Positions 13,411 to 23,099 are shown, counted from the stretch's first letter. The stretch: DNA of 64,000 nt from an uncultured archaeon (GCA_903904885.1 CAIVED010000027.1:1558-65557), one strand, 5' to 3'. Notes: generated from the letters alone by a model not told the origin. Numbers and translations are program-made.

Positions 13411-14862
13411 CTATTTAGCCATTCCCTTCAACTTCTCCACAATCCATACCATTCCCTCGGTATCAAGACCACAGTATTTCTCTAAGTCTTTCCTTAGCTT
13501 CTCTTTCTCCGTTAAAGGTATCTTAGAGAAAGCTATGTCCAGGAAGGCCAGACTGGCGCTTCCGCCGTTGTTTATCTCCAAATCTGCATAACTCTTGCCG
13601 GTCAAGGCAGGCAGCACATGCTTGATTGAACAGCTGCCTTGCTGGACAGGATTGTAGTAATCAAAGTTTCTGAATGGAACAAGCAGGTCAACAACCCTTT
13701 TGATAACAGAATCTACCCATTTTTTATAAGAAGGGAATAATTTCCCCAGTTCCTTCATTCTCGCTATCTCAAATGACTGGTTGAAGACAATAATACTCCC
13801 TTTGCTGCCAAGAAGCCTCTTTAATTCAGAAACAAATTTCTTCCTCGGATCTTCCTTCCCCGAAGCTAAGAATGAATAATGTTTCACTTCTTTTCCATCA
13901 TCAACATGCAAGGAAAACTGAAATGGAATCTGCTGGTAAGGTTTGCTTTTATCATAAAATGGAATAGCAGAACCGAATGTCTCAAAGTCCAAGTAATAAA
14001 GTGGATATTTCAAGGTAGAAAGAAACTTCTTTATTCCTTCCTTATTCACATGAATCTGTCCTGTTTTAGCGCATTTAAGCTGTATCCCCTGCTTGTCATT
14101 CAGCTTGAAATCCGAAGGAATATCCTTAAGGGAAACAATCCCTCGTTCATAGAGCTCAAACTCCTTGCCTCTTGCATTATACAAATCAAAAACACTTCCG
14201 TCAGGAAGCTGCCAGCATTCTCCCTCAACAGGGCATTCGTAGGGCTTCTTGCATTGCCTGCCAAGAGCAGAAGAAGGGCACTTTTTTGAGTTTATGATAT
14301 TAAACATCTCCTTAACCCTTGAAGGCACAGATTTAATCTCCTCAGCAACTTCTTTTGAGATATCCTCTTTTACAAACAGCTTTTTGACATTAATCTCCCC
14401 TTTTCTTACATATTCATTATTGATATGCATAAGAAAGCATTTGTTAATCTTTAATCCGGCGTGCTCATAAACATACTTCTGGAAAGCAACGTCCGGAATA
14501 TGTTCTTTTTTTACTTCTGTTGACATTTTCACTTCAATAATGTCCCAGCCCTTTGGAATCGGATTAAGAATATCTGCCCTTGAATATAATTGGGTTACAG
14601 AAAAAGCTGCCTCAAACAGGGGCTTTTTCTTTGAAAGCAGTTCAGATGACTTTTTTAGATTCTCACCAAAAGGCTCTGTTGGAATATCAATGCCTTTGGG
14701 AAACAATTTCTTAGCCCATTCCCCAACCAAATTCCCTTCATCAAAAATATGCTGCTGGGCTTTGTCTGTCTTAGGGAGCTTATCTGGCTCATGAAATTCC
14801 ATCCACAAATACTTCGGGCACTGCAAGCCGATCATGTATTTGGATTTGGTTAGGAGGTTCAT
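13411..14862 (-). CDS. DUF2779-domain protein (N-terminal PD-(D/E)xK/Cas4-like part, C-terminal RNase H-like part)
   Basis: LTKSKYMIGLQCPKYLW, ADIL...IIEVK, C..PYECP, YLDFET...PYQQIPFQFSLH, SIKHVLP, YCGLD. Confidence 0.85.
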   Translation of the reverse strand: MNLLTKSKYMIGLQCPKYLWMEFHEPDKLPKTDKAQQHIFDEGNLVGEWAKKLFPKGIDIPTEPFGENLKKSSELLSKKKPLFEAAFSVTQLYSRADILNPIPKGWDIIEVKMSTEVKKEHIPDVAFQKYVYEHAGLKINKCFLMHINNEYVRKGEINVKKLFVKEDISKEVAEEIKSVPSRVKEMFNIINSKKCPSSALGRQCKKPYECPVEGECWQLPDGSVFDLYNARGKEFELYERGIVSLKDIPSDFKLNDKQGIQLKCAKTGQIHVNKEGIKKFLSTLKYPLYYLDFETFGSAIPFYDKSKPYQQIPFQFSLHVDDGKEVKHYSFLASGKEDPRKKFVSELKRLLGSKGSIIVFNQSFEIARMKELGKLFPSYKKWVDSVIKRVVDLLVPFRNFDYYNPVQQGSCSIKHVLPALTGKSYADLEINNGGSASLAFLDIAFSKIPLTEKEKLRKDLEKYCGLDTEGMVWIVEKLKGMAK

Positions 14863-14863
14863 T

Positions 14864-16516
14864 TTACCCGGATCTTTGCAATTTTTTTAACTCCTTGCTA
14901 AATAACTTAAACCGTTTATTCAAAAAATTCTCATAATACTTTGCTAGTATTTTTGGTTTAATTGCTCCAGATTTTCTTTTTAGTTTAAGTTCAACTTTTC
15001 TAAGATCCGATATGGAATTGAAGCAAAGAAGATTGCTTCTGAAAAAATTTTCTTCTTCTTTTTTCTTAGGTTTATATTCTTCACGTTTTTCTATCAGCCA
15101 GTCAGATGGCAAAAAATCTTGTTTTCCGGCATTTTCCCCTCTAGGCAAGAAAATCAAGTTTAATATGCTATTTACTTTATGCTCAGGTATTGAATTTTTA
15201 GACAGAAGGTTATGTGCATAAAAATGATCCCCTTCTCTCTTTGTTTTTTCGGACTCTGTTTCTATTAGACTGGGTGTGCCATTAAGCCAATAGGGTCTTT
15301 TGGATAATAGCATTAGTCTGATACAATTACCAACGCTTGACTTACCGGTACCAAAACTTATTTTTACCAAATCCTCCTTTTTGATGTTTTGTATGGGAAT
15401 ATTTAATGATTTTATTTTATTTCTTGCTAAATTTCTCATTGAAGTTGGGTCCTTTCTAATATTTTGATTGTAACCAGAACCGACATATCGGGATCCCAAA
15501 GCAGACCTCCAAAACCATTTTCTTAGTTCTTTATTTTGACTTTTGGTAGGTGCTTTATTTTTGTTATAATAGAAGAAAATACTCAACACAGTTAGCATAG
15601 TTTGAGAAGGTAGCTCATCTGTACTATTTAATTTAAAATTGCTTTTCAAATAGGCCATAGCATATTTTACTGTCTCTAAAACATTCTTAAAAATCTGGTT
15701 ATATCTTCTTGACTTTTTTTCTCTTATTTTTTCTGCAATTTCACCCAATTTTCGTAAAGAAACATCAACTTCCGCTTCAGGGTCATAATCATTTTTTTCT
15801 TCCAGCTGCAAAATTATTGCGAATGCATGTATAAAAATTATGTCTTTAAGTTTACTAGATATCTTACCCTTATCTTTTTTCTTCCACTCTCTTAAAATTT
15901 TTCTTATACTTGATCTTCTACTCCATGAATCTGATAAGAAAATTGCTTCAGTTGAAATTCTTGTACCTGCTTGATTTATTCTTTCAAATAGCTTTATTGC
16001 ATCCTCAAAATTTCTTGTAGAAACGATGATCGCAGGAAATTTATATCCCTTAAGCATTTTTTCAAATTGATTATAATCAAAATCGGGATTTCCGCGTTCA
16101 TTTTGTTTTAATTCTGGTTTTTTATTAAAATAAAACTCCTTAAAATTAATTGGATTTTTCTGACTTCCTTCGTAATTCTCATCAAATTCTTCTTTGATAG
16201 TTCCTTCAAATCTATCTTGGTTACATAAGTAAAAAAGGGATAACATCCTCTGTTGACCGTCCAATATGAAATATTTATTTCCGGATTTTAAAGGATTCAC
16301 ACCAAATAAATCTCGAGGGTTTATTTTTTTATTTGTTTTCCAGATTGTAAAAACACCTATGGGATAATTCTTGACTAAGCTGTCAAAAAGAGCTTTTATT
16401 TGATTATTTTTCCAAACATAGCCTCTTTGAAACTCGGGGATTGAAACTTTTTTAGACTTAATAAATTTTAATAATCCGTCTAGTGTGAACGTTTTTATTT
16501 CTATTTTGTTTCTCAT
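14864..16516 (-). CDS. DUF262-domain GmrSD-like protein with degenerate C-terminal HNH-like motif
   Basis: IPEFQRGYVW, LDGQQR, FERINQAG; C-terminal DHFY...NSILNL...N..K; very low GC. Confidence 0.85.
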   Translation of the reverse strand: MRNKIEIKTFTLDGLLKFIKSKKVSIPEFQRGYVWKNNQIKALFDSLVKNYPIGVFTIWKTNKKINPRDLFGVNPLKSGNKYFILDGQQRMLSLFYLCNQDRFEGTIKEEFDENYEGSQKNPINFKEFYFNKKPELKQNERGNPDFDYNQFEKMLKGYKFPAIIVSTRNFEDAIKLFERINQAGTRISTEAIFLSDSWSRRSSIRKILREWKKKDKGKISSKLKDIIFIHAFAIILQLEEKNDYDPEAEVDVSLRKLGEIAEKIREKKSRRYNQIFKNVLETVKYAMAYLKSNFKLNSTDELPSQTMLTVLSIFFYYNKNKAPTKSQNKELRKWFWRSALGSRYVGSGYNQNIRKDPTSMRNLARNKIKSLNIPIQNIKKEDLVKISFGTGKSSVGNCIRLMLLSKRPYWLNGTPSLIETESEKTKREGDHFYAHNLLSKNSIPEHKVNSILNLIFLPRGENAGKQDFLPSDWLIEKREEYKPKKKEEENFFRSNLLCFNSISDLRKVELKLKRKSGAIKPKILAKYYENFLNKRFKLFSKELKKLQRSG

Positions 16517-17118
16517 TACAACCTCGCTATCTTCCCTGCATCTGTTAGTTTGATTCCATCTTCTGTGCTAACAAGATCCATGTCTTTCAGTTCGTCAAGA
16601 GCACGGTAAAGCATCGCACTTGATAATTCCACTTTCTTGGCTAAATCGCTTATGCTGTCGAACTTGCCTGATTCCAGCGCTTCAAGTATCTTTTTCTGGC
16701 TCTCGGTTAGTTTGAATGATAACTTTGGAAGATAAACAACAGAGCTTTTGTCCTCTTCAGGATTGTAAGCAATCTTCCTAACTCGGTCATGGCGAGCGTA
16801 AGCAGCAAAAAGAAGTCCAATTGCTTTTGTCTTTCTGCCGGAAGTAATATTCACAAATATCCAGTCATCTTTCGGTTGCAGGTCAATAATCTCAACGCAC
16901 TTGCGAGCTACTTCAACAATGTCATAGACCTCTGTCTTGATTGCCTTGACATCAATAACCTTGCCCAAGGAGCCCTGGATAATCTTCAATGCCTCTGCCT
17001 GCTCCTTGTCAGGCTCTTTGTCAATAAGAAGTATTAATCTGTCAGGCCCAAGCCTTGTTGTAGCCAATATAACTGGCTCTGGACTATATAATGTTGCTAT
17101 AAGTACCTTTTTAACCAT
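16516..17118 (-). CDS. CARF plus winged-HTH regulator (Csa3-like)
   Basis: KVLIATLY..EPV, DRLILL, VNITSGRKT CARF motif, C-terminal wHTH (SISDLAKKVELSSAMLYRAL..LTDAGKIARL); ATG 17118 with AGGGGG SD preferred over 17169. Confidence 0.85.
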   Translation of the reverse strand: MVKKVLIATLYSPEPVILATTRLGPDRLILLIDKEPDKEQAEALKIIQGSLGKVIDVKAIKTEVYDIVEVARKCVEIIDLQPKDDWIFVNITSGRKTKAIGLLFAAYARHDRVRKIAYNPEEDKSSVVYLPKLSFKLTESQKKILEALESGKFDSISDLAKKVELSSAMLYRALDELKDMDLVSTEDGIKLTDAGKIARL

Positions 17119-17273
17119 ATTTGCCCCCTTAGAATCAGTTGGCTCTTGTTTGTTTATAAACATTTCCATAGGAAACCCTCAAAACCTGCTTCTTTATATA
17201 TCTTTCCATATATTAGTATAAATATATACCAAATAATAGAAATGTTTAAATAGAAGCGGGTTAGACTATTGCC

Positions 17274-18146
17274 ATGAAAAATGAAAAAATCAAAAAATAT
17301 CTTCATAAAAAAATAAAGGGATTTCAGCCTATTTCTCAGTATAATGAGGTGGTTTCAATAAAAACAATGATTGCATCAATAACAGCAATGGTTGAAAAAA
17401 CAGGAAAGGTTAACTTTGACTTCTCTGATGTGAAATCAATTCTTGATAATGCAATAGAAATAAGTTTCTTTTCAGGAACTGAGAAAGATATTGCTACGAT
17501 AAGTTGCCCTGAAGTAGATGGTGTTCTTTTGTCTATCGAAGGTCCCAAGACCCTGAGCCTGGATAAATGCAGAAATATTGTGAATAAATTTTCAAAAAAA
17601 ATCAGTGAAAAGGCCAGAATAGTCTGGGGAGCAAAAATAAATAATAAATTGAAAAAAATAAAATGTCTTGCCATATTAGCACAGATAAATAATAGGGATA
17701 TAATTTATGATAAAAAGGATAAGCTAAAGTATATTAAAAAAGAAATTATTAATATAGACCGACCAATTAAGAAATTCATTTTAAAACTTAATGAAATTGA
17801 TGGAATTATGACATATTCCTGCTGTGCGGGGCATTCCATGATTGATAAAGAACAAAAAAATCTTAATATATCTCCTACTTTTGAATCTAGTGATTATTGG
17901 ATCATAAATCATCAAACAGGGGCGATATACGATAATCCTTTCATAAAAATTAGATATGTTCCTAAATCAGAAAGGTTAGTATGTGAAAAAATAATTCCTT
18001 TTTTCATAGTTAGAGGCTTCGAGTTTTCATTTCCTCTGCGCAATAATCGGGAAATTGTATTTTTTTCGAGATGTATTACCAAAATAAACTGGAGAAAACT
18101 GACAAAAGAGCTTTCATTAGAAAAGGAAAAATGGAGATTAAAATGA
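17274..18146 (+). CDS. FtsZ C-terminal-domain fragment fused to a Tyw3-like SCxGH domain
   Basis: VNFDFSDVKSIL, GVLLSIEG, ARIVWGAKI align with FtsZ NLDYADVKAIM/ANVIWGARV; then IDRPI..LNEIDGIMTYSCCAGH. Confidence 0.65.
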   Translation: MKNEKIKKYLHKKIKGFQPISQYNEVVSIKTMIASITAMVEKTGKVNFDFSDVKSILDNAIEISFFSGTEKDIATISCPEVDGVLLSIEGPKTLSLDKCRNIVNKFSKKISEKARIVWGAKINNKLKKIKCLAILAQINNRDIIYDKKDKLKYIKKEIINIDRPIKKFILKLNEIDGIMTYSCCAGHSMIDKEQKNLNISPTFESSDYWIINHQTGAIYDNPFIKIRYVPKSERLVCEKIIPFFIVRGFEFSFPLRNNREIVFFSRCITKINWRKLTKELSLEKEKWRLK

Positions 18147-18589
18147 TGAACGTCATATCAAAAACAGAGCATCTGAACAAGAAGGGCTGGCTTTTAACAA
18201 AAGAAGAAGTTGAAAGCAAGGTAAAAGAATTTCTAAAGCTTGACCCAAATGTAGAAATAATTAGGATTGACGGATTCCAGGCAGAATATGTCACTGTGTT
18301 ATACAGCGAAAAACCCACCTATAAAAAAGAAAGAGATTTCATTCACGAGTTTGAGTTTGATGAAAAAAGAATAAGCATGAGTGACAAAACTTTTCTTAAC
18401 ATATTTGGCATAGAGCCAATACACAAAAAAATAATAGCCATAGAAGGAAGGACAAAAAAAGATGGTCTTTTTTTGTCGACATACAGACACCCAAACAAAC
18501 ATCTGTTTCCTGAAAAAGATATGTTCTACTTCTTCACAATAGAAGAGCCGTATCATGATATAATTGAAGAGGTAAAAGATGAATCTTGA
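18131..18589 (+). CDS. Hypothetical protein (start uncertain)
   Basis: In-frame ATGs at 18131-18146 overlapping the upstream stop; operon-like packing. Confidence 0.55.
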   Translation: MEIKMMNVISKTEHLNKKGWLLTKEEVESKVKEFLKLDPNVEIIRIDGFQAEYVTVLYSEKPTYKKERDFIHEFEFDEKRISMSDKTFLNIFGIEPIHKKIIAIEGRTKKDGLFLSTYRHPNKHLFPEKDMFYFFTIEEPYHDIIEEVKDES

Positions 18590-19280
18590 AGCAATTTATC
18601 CTCAAAGGCCGTTTGTTCTGATAAATGATTCGGGCTTTTATTTTGACGAAATCAATAAGGACTTGAAGGATGTATTGGAATATCCTGATTATGATTTCCT
18701 GCTGAAAAACATTGAGGAATTGAAAAATAGCAAGAAAGTGATAATACTTTATCCAACCCAAAAAAGGGAGATTGAGCTGATGTCAGTTTATCTTCCTATT
18801 GCAAAAACCCCTGTTAACATGCTTCATCTTGCAGGAAAGTTCCTGCAAAATGCAAATAAATATGATGAGAATGAGATGCTCAAATTGGCAGAAAAAGAAA
18901 ACAGATATGGGTGGCTGAGCATTTTTGTTTTTGGAAGACTGCATAAAAAAATTAATCTGAACCCATCATACCTTTTGACAACAAAGCCTTTAATGAAAAT
19001 GTGGGAGCATTATGACTTGAAAGGTATCGCTTTGCCTAATACAAAAGAATATATTAATTCAAATGAAGAATTCAGCCCTATCCTATTTCTTGAATTAGCA
19101 GCTGCCGAGCTTTTAGGAAAAGAAACAAGGGAAAGCATAGCTGTCAAAAAGCTATTAAGCCATAATATTGGCGAAGAGATAAAGTCAGATGAATTGGATT
19201 TGACTGAAAGTCTATTCAACAGCCTAATGAGTGCAGGACTGATTTATCAAAAGGAAAAAGGAAAAATAGTAAGGATATGA
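18579..19280 (+). CDS. Hypothetical protein with possible C-terminal winged helix
   Basis: Ends LFNSLMSAGLIYQKEKGKIVRI, like MCM/RPA-type C-terminal WH; GAGGT SD. Confidence 0.6.
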   Translation: MNLEAIYPQRPFVLINDSGFYFDEINKDLKDVLEYPDYDFLLKNIEELKNSKKVIILYPTQKREIELMSVYLPIAKTPVNMLHLAGKFLQNANKYDENEMLKLAEKENRYGWLSIFVFGRLHKKINLNPSYLLTTKPLMKMWEHYDLKGIALPNTKEYINSNEEFSPILFLELAAAELLGKETRESIAVKKLLSHNIGEEIKSDELDLTESLFNSLMSAGLIYQKEKGKIVRI

Positions 19281-19600
19281 GACAGAAAATGAAAACAATA
19301 CCTGAAAAATACATGAAAAAACTGACAGACTGGAGAAAATGCTGTACTGACCTCACAGAAAAAGAAATAAATGAAGTTGTAAGCTTAGGCAAAGAAATAA
19401 CAATGCAGCCAAAGAAGAAAATGCTTGCCAAAGGGGCAATATTCTTTCTTCAAGGCAATGAACATCTTTCACTGGATAAAATAAATGAGATAGGCGGTTC
19501 AAAAACAAAATACTGCTCTGATGAATCAAAAATCATATGGGCTGCTGAAATAAAAAGCAGAACCGAAAAGCCAAAAATAACCTCTTTTTACATTTATTGA
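19277..19600 (+). CDS. Hypothetical protein
   Basis: ATGA overlap with upstream gene. Confidence 0.55.
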   Translation: MRQKMKTIPEKYMKKLTDWRKCCTDLTEKEINEVVSLGKEITMQPKKKMLAKGAIFFLQGNEHLSLDKINEIGGSKTKYCSDESKIIWAAEIKSRTEKPKITSFYIY

Positions 19601-19664
19601 ACTTCAAACTGTCCAAAAACATTAACAACCTTTAAATATTACTTCGTATATACAAAGTAATACC

Positions 19665-19934
19665 ATGGAAACAGTCACATTGAAGATGGAGAAAGAGATG
19701 GTCAAAGAGATTGACAGCAAACTAAAAGAAAACAGGTACAGCACAAGAACCGAATTCATAAGAGATGCTGTGAGGCATAAGCTAAGCCAGATGGAGAAAG
19801 AACTGATTTTCAAAAGGCTTGAACAGGCCAAGGGAAGTTTAAAAGGGAAAGCCAGAACAGATATAAGCGAAGAGGAAGCAAGGGAGCAGGCTGCAAGAGA
19901 AATAGCAAAGCAATTTGGAATTGAGTTAGATTAA
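19665..19934 (+). CDS. Ribbon-helix-helix (CopG/NikR-like) antitoxin-type protein
   Basis: METVTLKM...EID......YSTRTEFIRDAVR. Confidence 0.85.
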   Translation: METVTLKMEKEMVKEIDSKLKENRYSTRTEFIRDAVRHKLSQMEKELIFKRLEQAKGSLKGKARTDISEEEAREQAAREIAKQFGIELD

Positions 19935-20336
19935 TTCTTCTGGTTTTTTGACAACAATTCCCATAACCCCATAAAAGTGAGCATCACGGCTTATCATCAA
20001 CGCATCATTATCTTTCGCTAAAACAGCATGAAATGCGTCTCCGGAGGGTATTTTCAACTGGTTTTTCATTTTTAATGCATCTTCTGTTTGTTTTTCACTT
20101 GTACTAATATTCACTCTTAATTCCGGAGGCACTATTTCAAACATACTGACTATTTGCTTATCAGTATAAAATTTTCTTAGCTCAACCAGAAGCATATCGC
20201 TTATCAGGAACAAACCCCCTTCATCCACAACCTTCTTTATAAACCTAAACGCCCAATCTCCAAGCGGCCTGAGATTGTCTGAACGATTTTCAAAATAGTC
20301 ACGCCATATGCAGGCGTCAATGTAGTATTTTTGCAT
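19926..20336 (-). CDS. PIN-domain ribonuclease (VapC-like)
   Basis: YYIDACIW, E, GDAFHAVLA, SRDAHF acidic PIN residues. Confidence 0.85.
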   Translation of the reverse strand: MQKYYIDACIWRDYFENRSDNLRPLGDWAFRFIKKVVDEGGLFLISDMLLVELRKFYTDKQIVSMFEIVPPELRVNISTSEKQTEDALKMKNQLKIPSGDAFHAVLAKDNDALMISRDAHFYGVMGIVVKKPEELI

Positions 20337-20431
20337 TAATTCTTAATATATATGCAGTATAAATACTTTGGACGTGGCGGCCGCCACGGCGCATGGTTAA
20401 AATTTATAAAGCTCAATGCATTAAACAAACC

Positions 20432-20599
20432 ATGAACCTCAAAAAATGCCCCCAGTGCGGCTCTTTCAACCTTGTGCCCGAAATAGGCGGAGCAACAGGG
20501 CTGTGGAGATGCAAGAACTGCGGTTACGTTGGTTCATTCTTTGTTGAGCAGACGGTTGATGAAAAAATGTTAAAGAAAACTAAATTTGTAAAAAAATAA
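20432..20599 (+). CDS. Small zinc-ribbon protein
   Basis: CPQCGS...WRCKNCGY; TTTATAAA about 25 nt upstream of the ATG. Confidence 0.7.
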   Translation: MNLKKCPQCGSFNLVPEIGGATGLWRCKNCGYVGSFFVEQTVDEKMLKKTKFVKK

Positions 20600-20770
20600 T
20601 CCGTTTTCTGGGCAGTTCTTATTTTTGCTTCTTGCTTTTGATTGTTGCCTTGATTGCCAGGCCTGCGTTAACTTGCATTCTGCAAGTAACATCATATTCT
20701 TGCATGGCACTCGAGCAGAAGAAGCAGAAACAATATCCGGTTTAATGCAAGAACCAGAAAACTGGATTTT
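20599..20770. repeat. Dispersed structured repeat, copy A (no inserts)
   Basis: Aligns with 46926-47152 (same orientation), 43464-43754 (reverse) and 26924-26999; ends CCGTTTTCTGG...CCAGAAAACTGG. Confidence 0.85.
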
Positions 20771-20802
20771 GTAAGATTGAAAAATTAGGAAAAATGAAAA
20801 AT

Positions 20803-21351
20803 CTATTTGCACAATTCGCAATTATCCTCAAAGCACATGCACTCCGGCGCGTAGTACTCTTTTGCGTGATGGCACAGCGGGCATTTCTCCGGCGGCTCCT
20901 TTCCAACATGGATATAGCCGCATTTTGAGCATTTCCATGCTATTGGCTTGCTTCTCTTGTAGAGTGTCCCATTCTCAAGCATCTCGAGAAGTTTCTTGTA
21001 CCTTTTTTCATGATGGCTTTCAACTTCCCCTGTTTCCTTGAACAATGTTGCAGCAGCCTTGTTCCCTTCTTTCTCAGCATCAACCTGGAAATCAGGGTAC
21101 ATCTGCGATGTCTCGTAATGCTCCCCTTCAATTGCCGCCTTGAGGTTTGCCTTTGTATCGCCAATCCCCTTCAAAAGCTTGAATTCCTGTTCACCATGCT
21201 CAAACTCGTTGTCAGCGGTCTCAAGAAATATCCTTGCAATGTAATGGTAACCTTCCTTTATTGCAACATTTGCGAAAAAAGTGTACTTGTTCCTTGCCAT
21301 TGATTCGCCAGCAAAGGCTTTTTTAAGATTATCTTCTGTCTTACTAACCAT
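20803..21351 (-). CDS. rbr: Rubrerythrin
   Basis: AFAGESMARNKY, EFEH, GEHYE, ESHH, C-terminal CSKCGY..CPLC rubredoxin domain. Confidence 0.93.
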   Translation of the reverse strand: MVSKTEDNLKKAFAGESMARNKYTFFANVAIKEGYHYIARIFLETADNEFEHGEQEFKLLKGIGDTKANLKAAIEGEHYETSQMYPDFQVDAEKEGNKAAATLFKETGEVESHHEKRYKKLLEMLENGTLYKRSKPIAWKCSKCGYIHVGKEPPEKCPLCHHAKEYYAPECMCFEDNCELCK

Positions 21352-21395
21352 TTTATCCCCTTTAATTAAAAATAAAAAAAAAGTTTAAAAAAAAT

Positions 21396-23099
21396 TTAAC
21401 CGCATCCGCCTGTTGCTGGCGCTGTTGAAGCTGTGCTTGCGGCTGCTATTGTTGAACCGCATTCAGCAGGCTTGGTTGAATCGTAGGCAGAGCACATCGC
21501 GCCAAGGATTGAGTTTGCATCCCTTGCACCGCTGTATTCCTGGCCCTCGATGAATATTGTCGGCGAGCCCTGGACTCCAAGCAAATTGCCAAGATTCTGC
21601 TCCTTTGCGAGCAATGCCTCTGCTTCGCTGGCCTGGCAGTCCTTTATCTTCTGGGTGTCAAGCCCCAAATCCTTTGCAACCGCTTCCCAGCAGCTGTCGG
21701 CATTCTGCGCAGAGCATTTTGAGTTCATTGCAACTGCAAATGCGAACCATTTGTCAATTCCCATGTACTTGTTGACGCACAGTTCCCTCACATCCTGGCG
21801 AAGCTCCTGGCCTCCGTGCATTGAGCAGTATTTCTGCGTGCTGTCAAGGCAGGAATCCGCGCTTCCGTAGTTGGAGTAAATCACATAGTGCGGGTTGAAT
21901 ATCGCCTTGCTTCCAAGCTTGTCGTAAACCTGTTTGACTATTTCTTCTGCCTGGTTTCCGTAAGGGCAGTAGGCCATCACAAAGAAATCAACCTGAGGCT
22001 TGTTGTCTCCGAGAGTAACGCCTATGCTCTTGAGCATCTCAGCCTGCTTTTCGGCGCTGATGTAATGATTTGCTCCTGTAACCTCATCAAGCAGCCTGTA
22101 TTTTCCGTTTTCCGGCTCAAACAATGCGCTTACCTGGGCATTATTCTGCCATACATAGGCCTGTTCTGCATTCTTGTCAAATATGAATGCAGGAACAACA
22201 GTAAGATTGTACTGTGAAACCAGTGCCTTGCCTTCATCAGAGCTGATGTCAACATTGTTTACATCCAGGTTAAGGAAAACCTGTTTTAAGGAGTCAACAA
22301 TCTGCGAATCATCACACTGGGCGCATGTTTTGTCGTTAACAACAGTCATTGAAACCTTTGCGTCATCAGTGTATTCGCATTTTGCTGCATTTGTCCCTGC
22401 ATTTGCGCATTTCGGGATTTTCCCATTATTCTGCATGCAGTCAGCATCCGCAGTGCAGGCAGGAATATTGCTGCAGGCAGGGCTGTTCACGTTCTGGCAC
22501 ATTGCCCTTGTAAACGATGCCAGGTCTCTCTGGCCGCTGTAGTCCTTTCCGTTTATCTTGATTGTCGGGCTTCCCTGGGCTCCGGCAATGCCTGATGAGC
22601 TGAATGAAGCAGAAAGCAGCTGTTTTCCCTCTGCGCCTTCATAGCACTTTTTGATTGATGCCTTGTCAAGCTTTAGCTGGTCTGCGCACTGCTCCCAATT
22701 TGCTGGGATGCTTCCTGAATTCTGGTTCATGCACAGGATAAGGTCCATGTACTTTTTAGGCTCGTATTTTATTGCGCAAAGCTGGACAGTATCGCCATTT
22801 ACCTCATTAACGCCATGAAGCGAGTTGAAGCTTCCGTCAGAATTTGCAGTTCCTATGAAATTTAGATTGAAAACAACAGAATCCCCAAGATTCTTAAGCG
22901 CAGGGATGATTGCATCCTCTGCCTGAACTCCGTAAGGGCATTGGCTCATTACATACATGTCAACATTTACTGTGCCTGATTTTGGCGCCTGCATTTTTGC
23001 TGCAAACAGCCAGCCGGCCACAGCCACAACAACAACGATTATGGCCACAGCCCAATAAGCAGAATAATTTTTTTTAGTCTTATGTGTCTTTTTTTTCAT
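21396..23099 (-). CDS. Membrane-anchored double thioredoxin-fold (DsbA/GILT-like) protein
   Basis: N-terminal TM; two repeats of MxxCPYG...GSPT; many Cys. Confidence 0.75.
   Translation of the reverse strand: MKKKTHKTKKNYSAYWAVAIIVVVVAVAGWLFAAKMQAPKSGTVNVDMYVMSQCPYGVQAEDAIIPALKNLGDSVVFNLNFIGTANSDGSFNSLHGVNEVNGDTVQLCAIKYEPKKYMDLILCMNQNSGSIPANWEQCADQLKLDKASIKKCYEGAEGKQLLSASFSSSGIAGAQGSPTIKINGKDYSGQRDLASFTRAMCQNVNSPACSNIPACTADADCMQNNGKIPKCANAGTNAAKCEYTDDAKVSMTVVNDKTCAQCDDSQIVDSLKQVFLNLDVNNVDISSDEGKALVSQYNLTVVPAFIFDKNAEQAYVWQNNAQVSALFEPENGKYRLLDEVTGANHYISAEKQAEMLKSIGVTLGDNKPQVDFFVMAYCPYGNQAEEIVKQVYDKLGSKAIFNPHYVIYSNYGSADSCLDSTQKYCSMHGGQELRQDVRELCVNKYMGIDKWFAFAVAMNSKCSAQNADSCWEAVAKDLGLDTQKIKDCQASEAEALLAKEQNLGNLLGVQGSPTIFIEGQEYSGARDANSILGAMCSAYDSTKPAECGSTIAAASTASTAPATGGCG

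Noticed and set aside
12492-20388. Complete provirus or integrative element
   Set aside because: No integrase, capsid, terminase or att pair recognised; called only an accessory island.
12400-20400. CRISPR-Cas locus implied by the Csa3-like gene
   Set aside because: No regularly spaced repeat-spacer array and no cas1, cas2, cas7 or cas10 seen anywhere in the window.
20570-20821. ORFs over the repeat copies (20570-20821, 43269-43661)
   Set aside because: The reading frame is not preserved between repeat copies; the conservation is structural.
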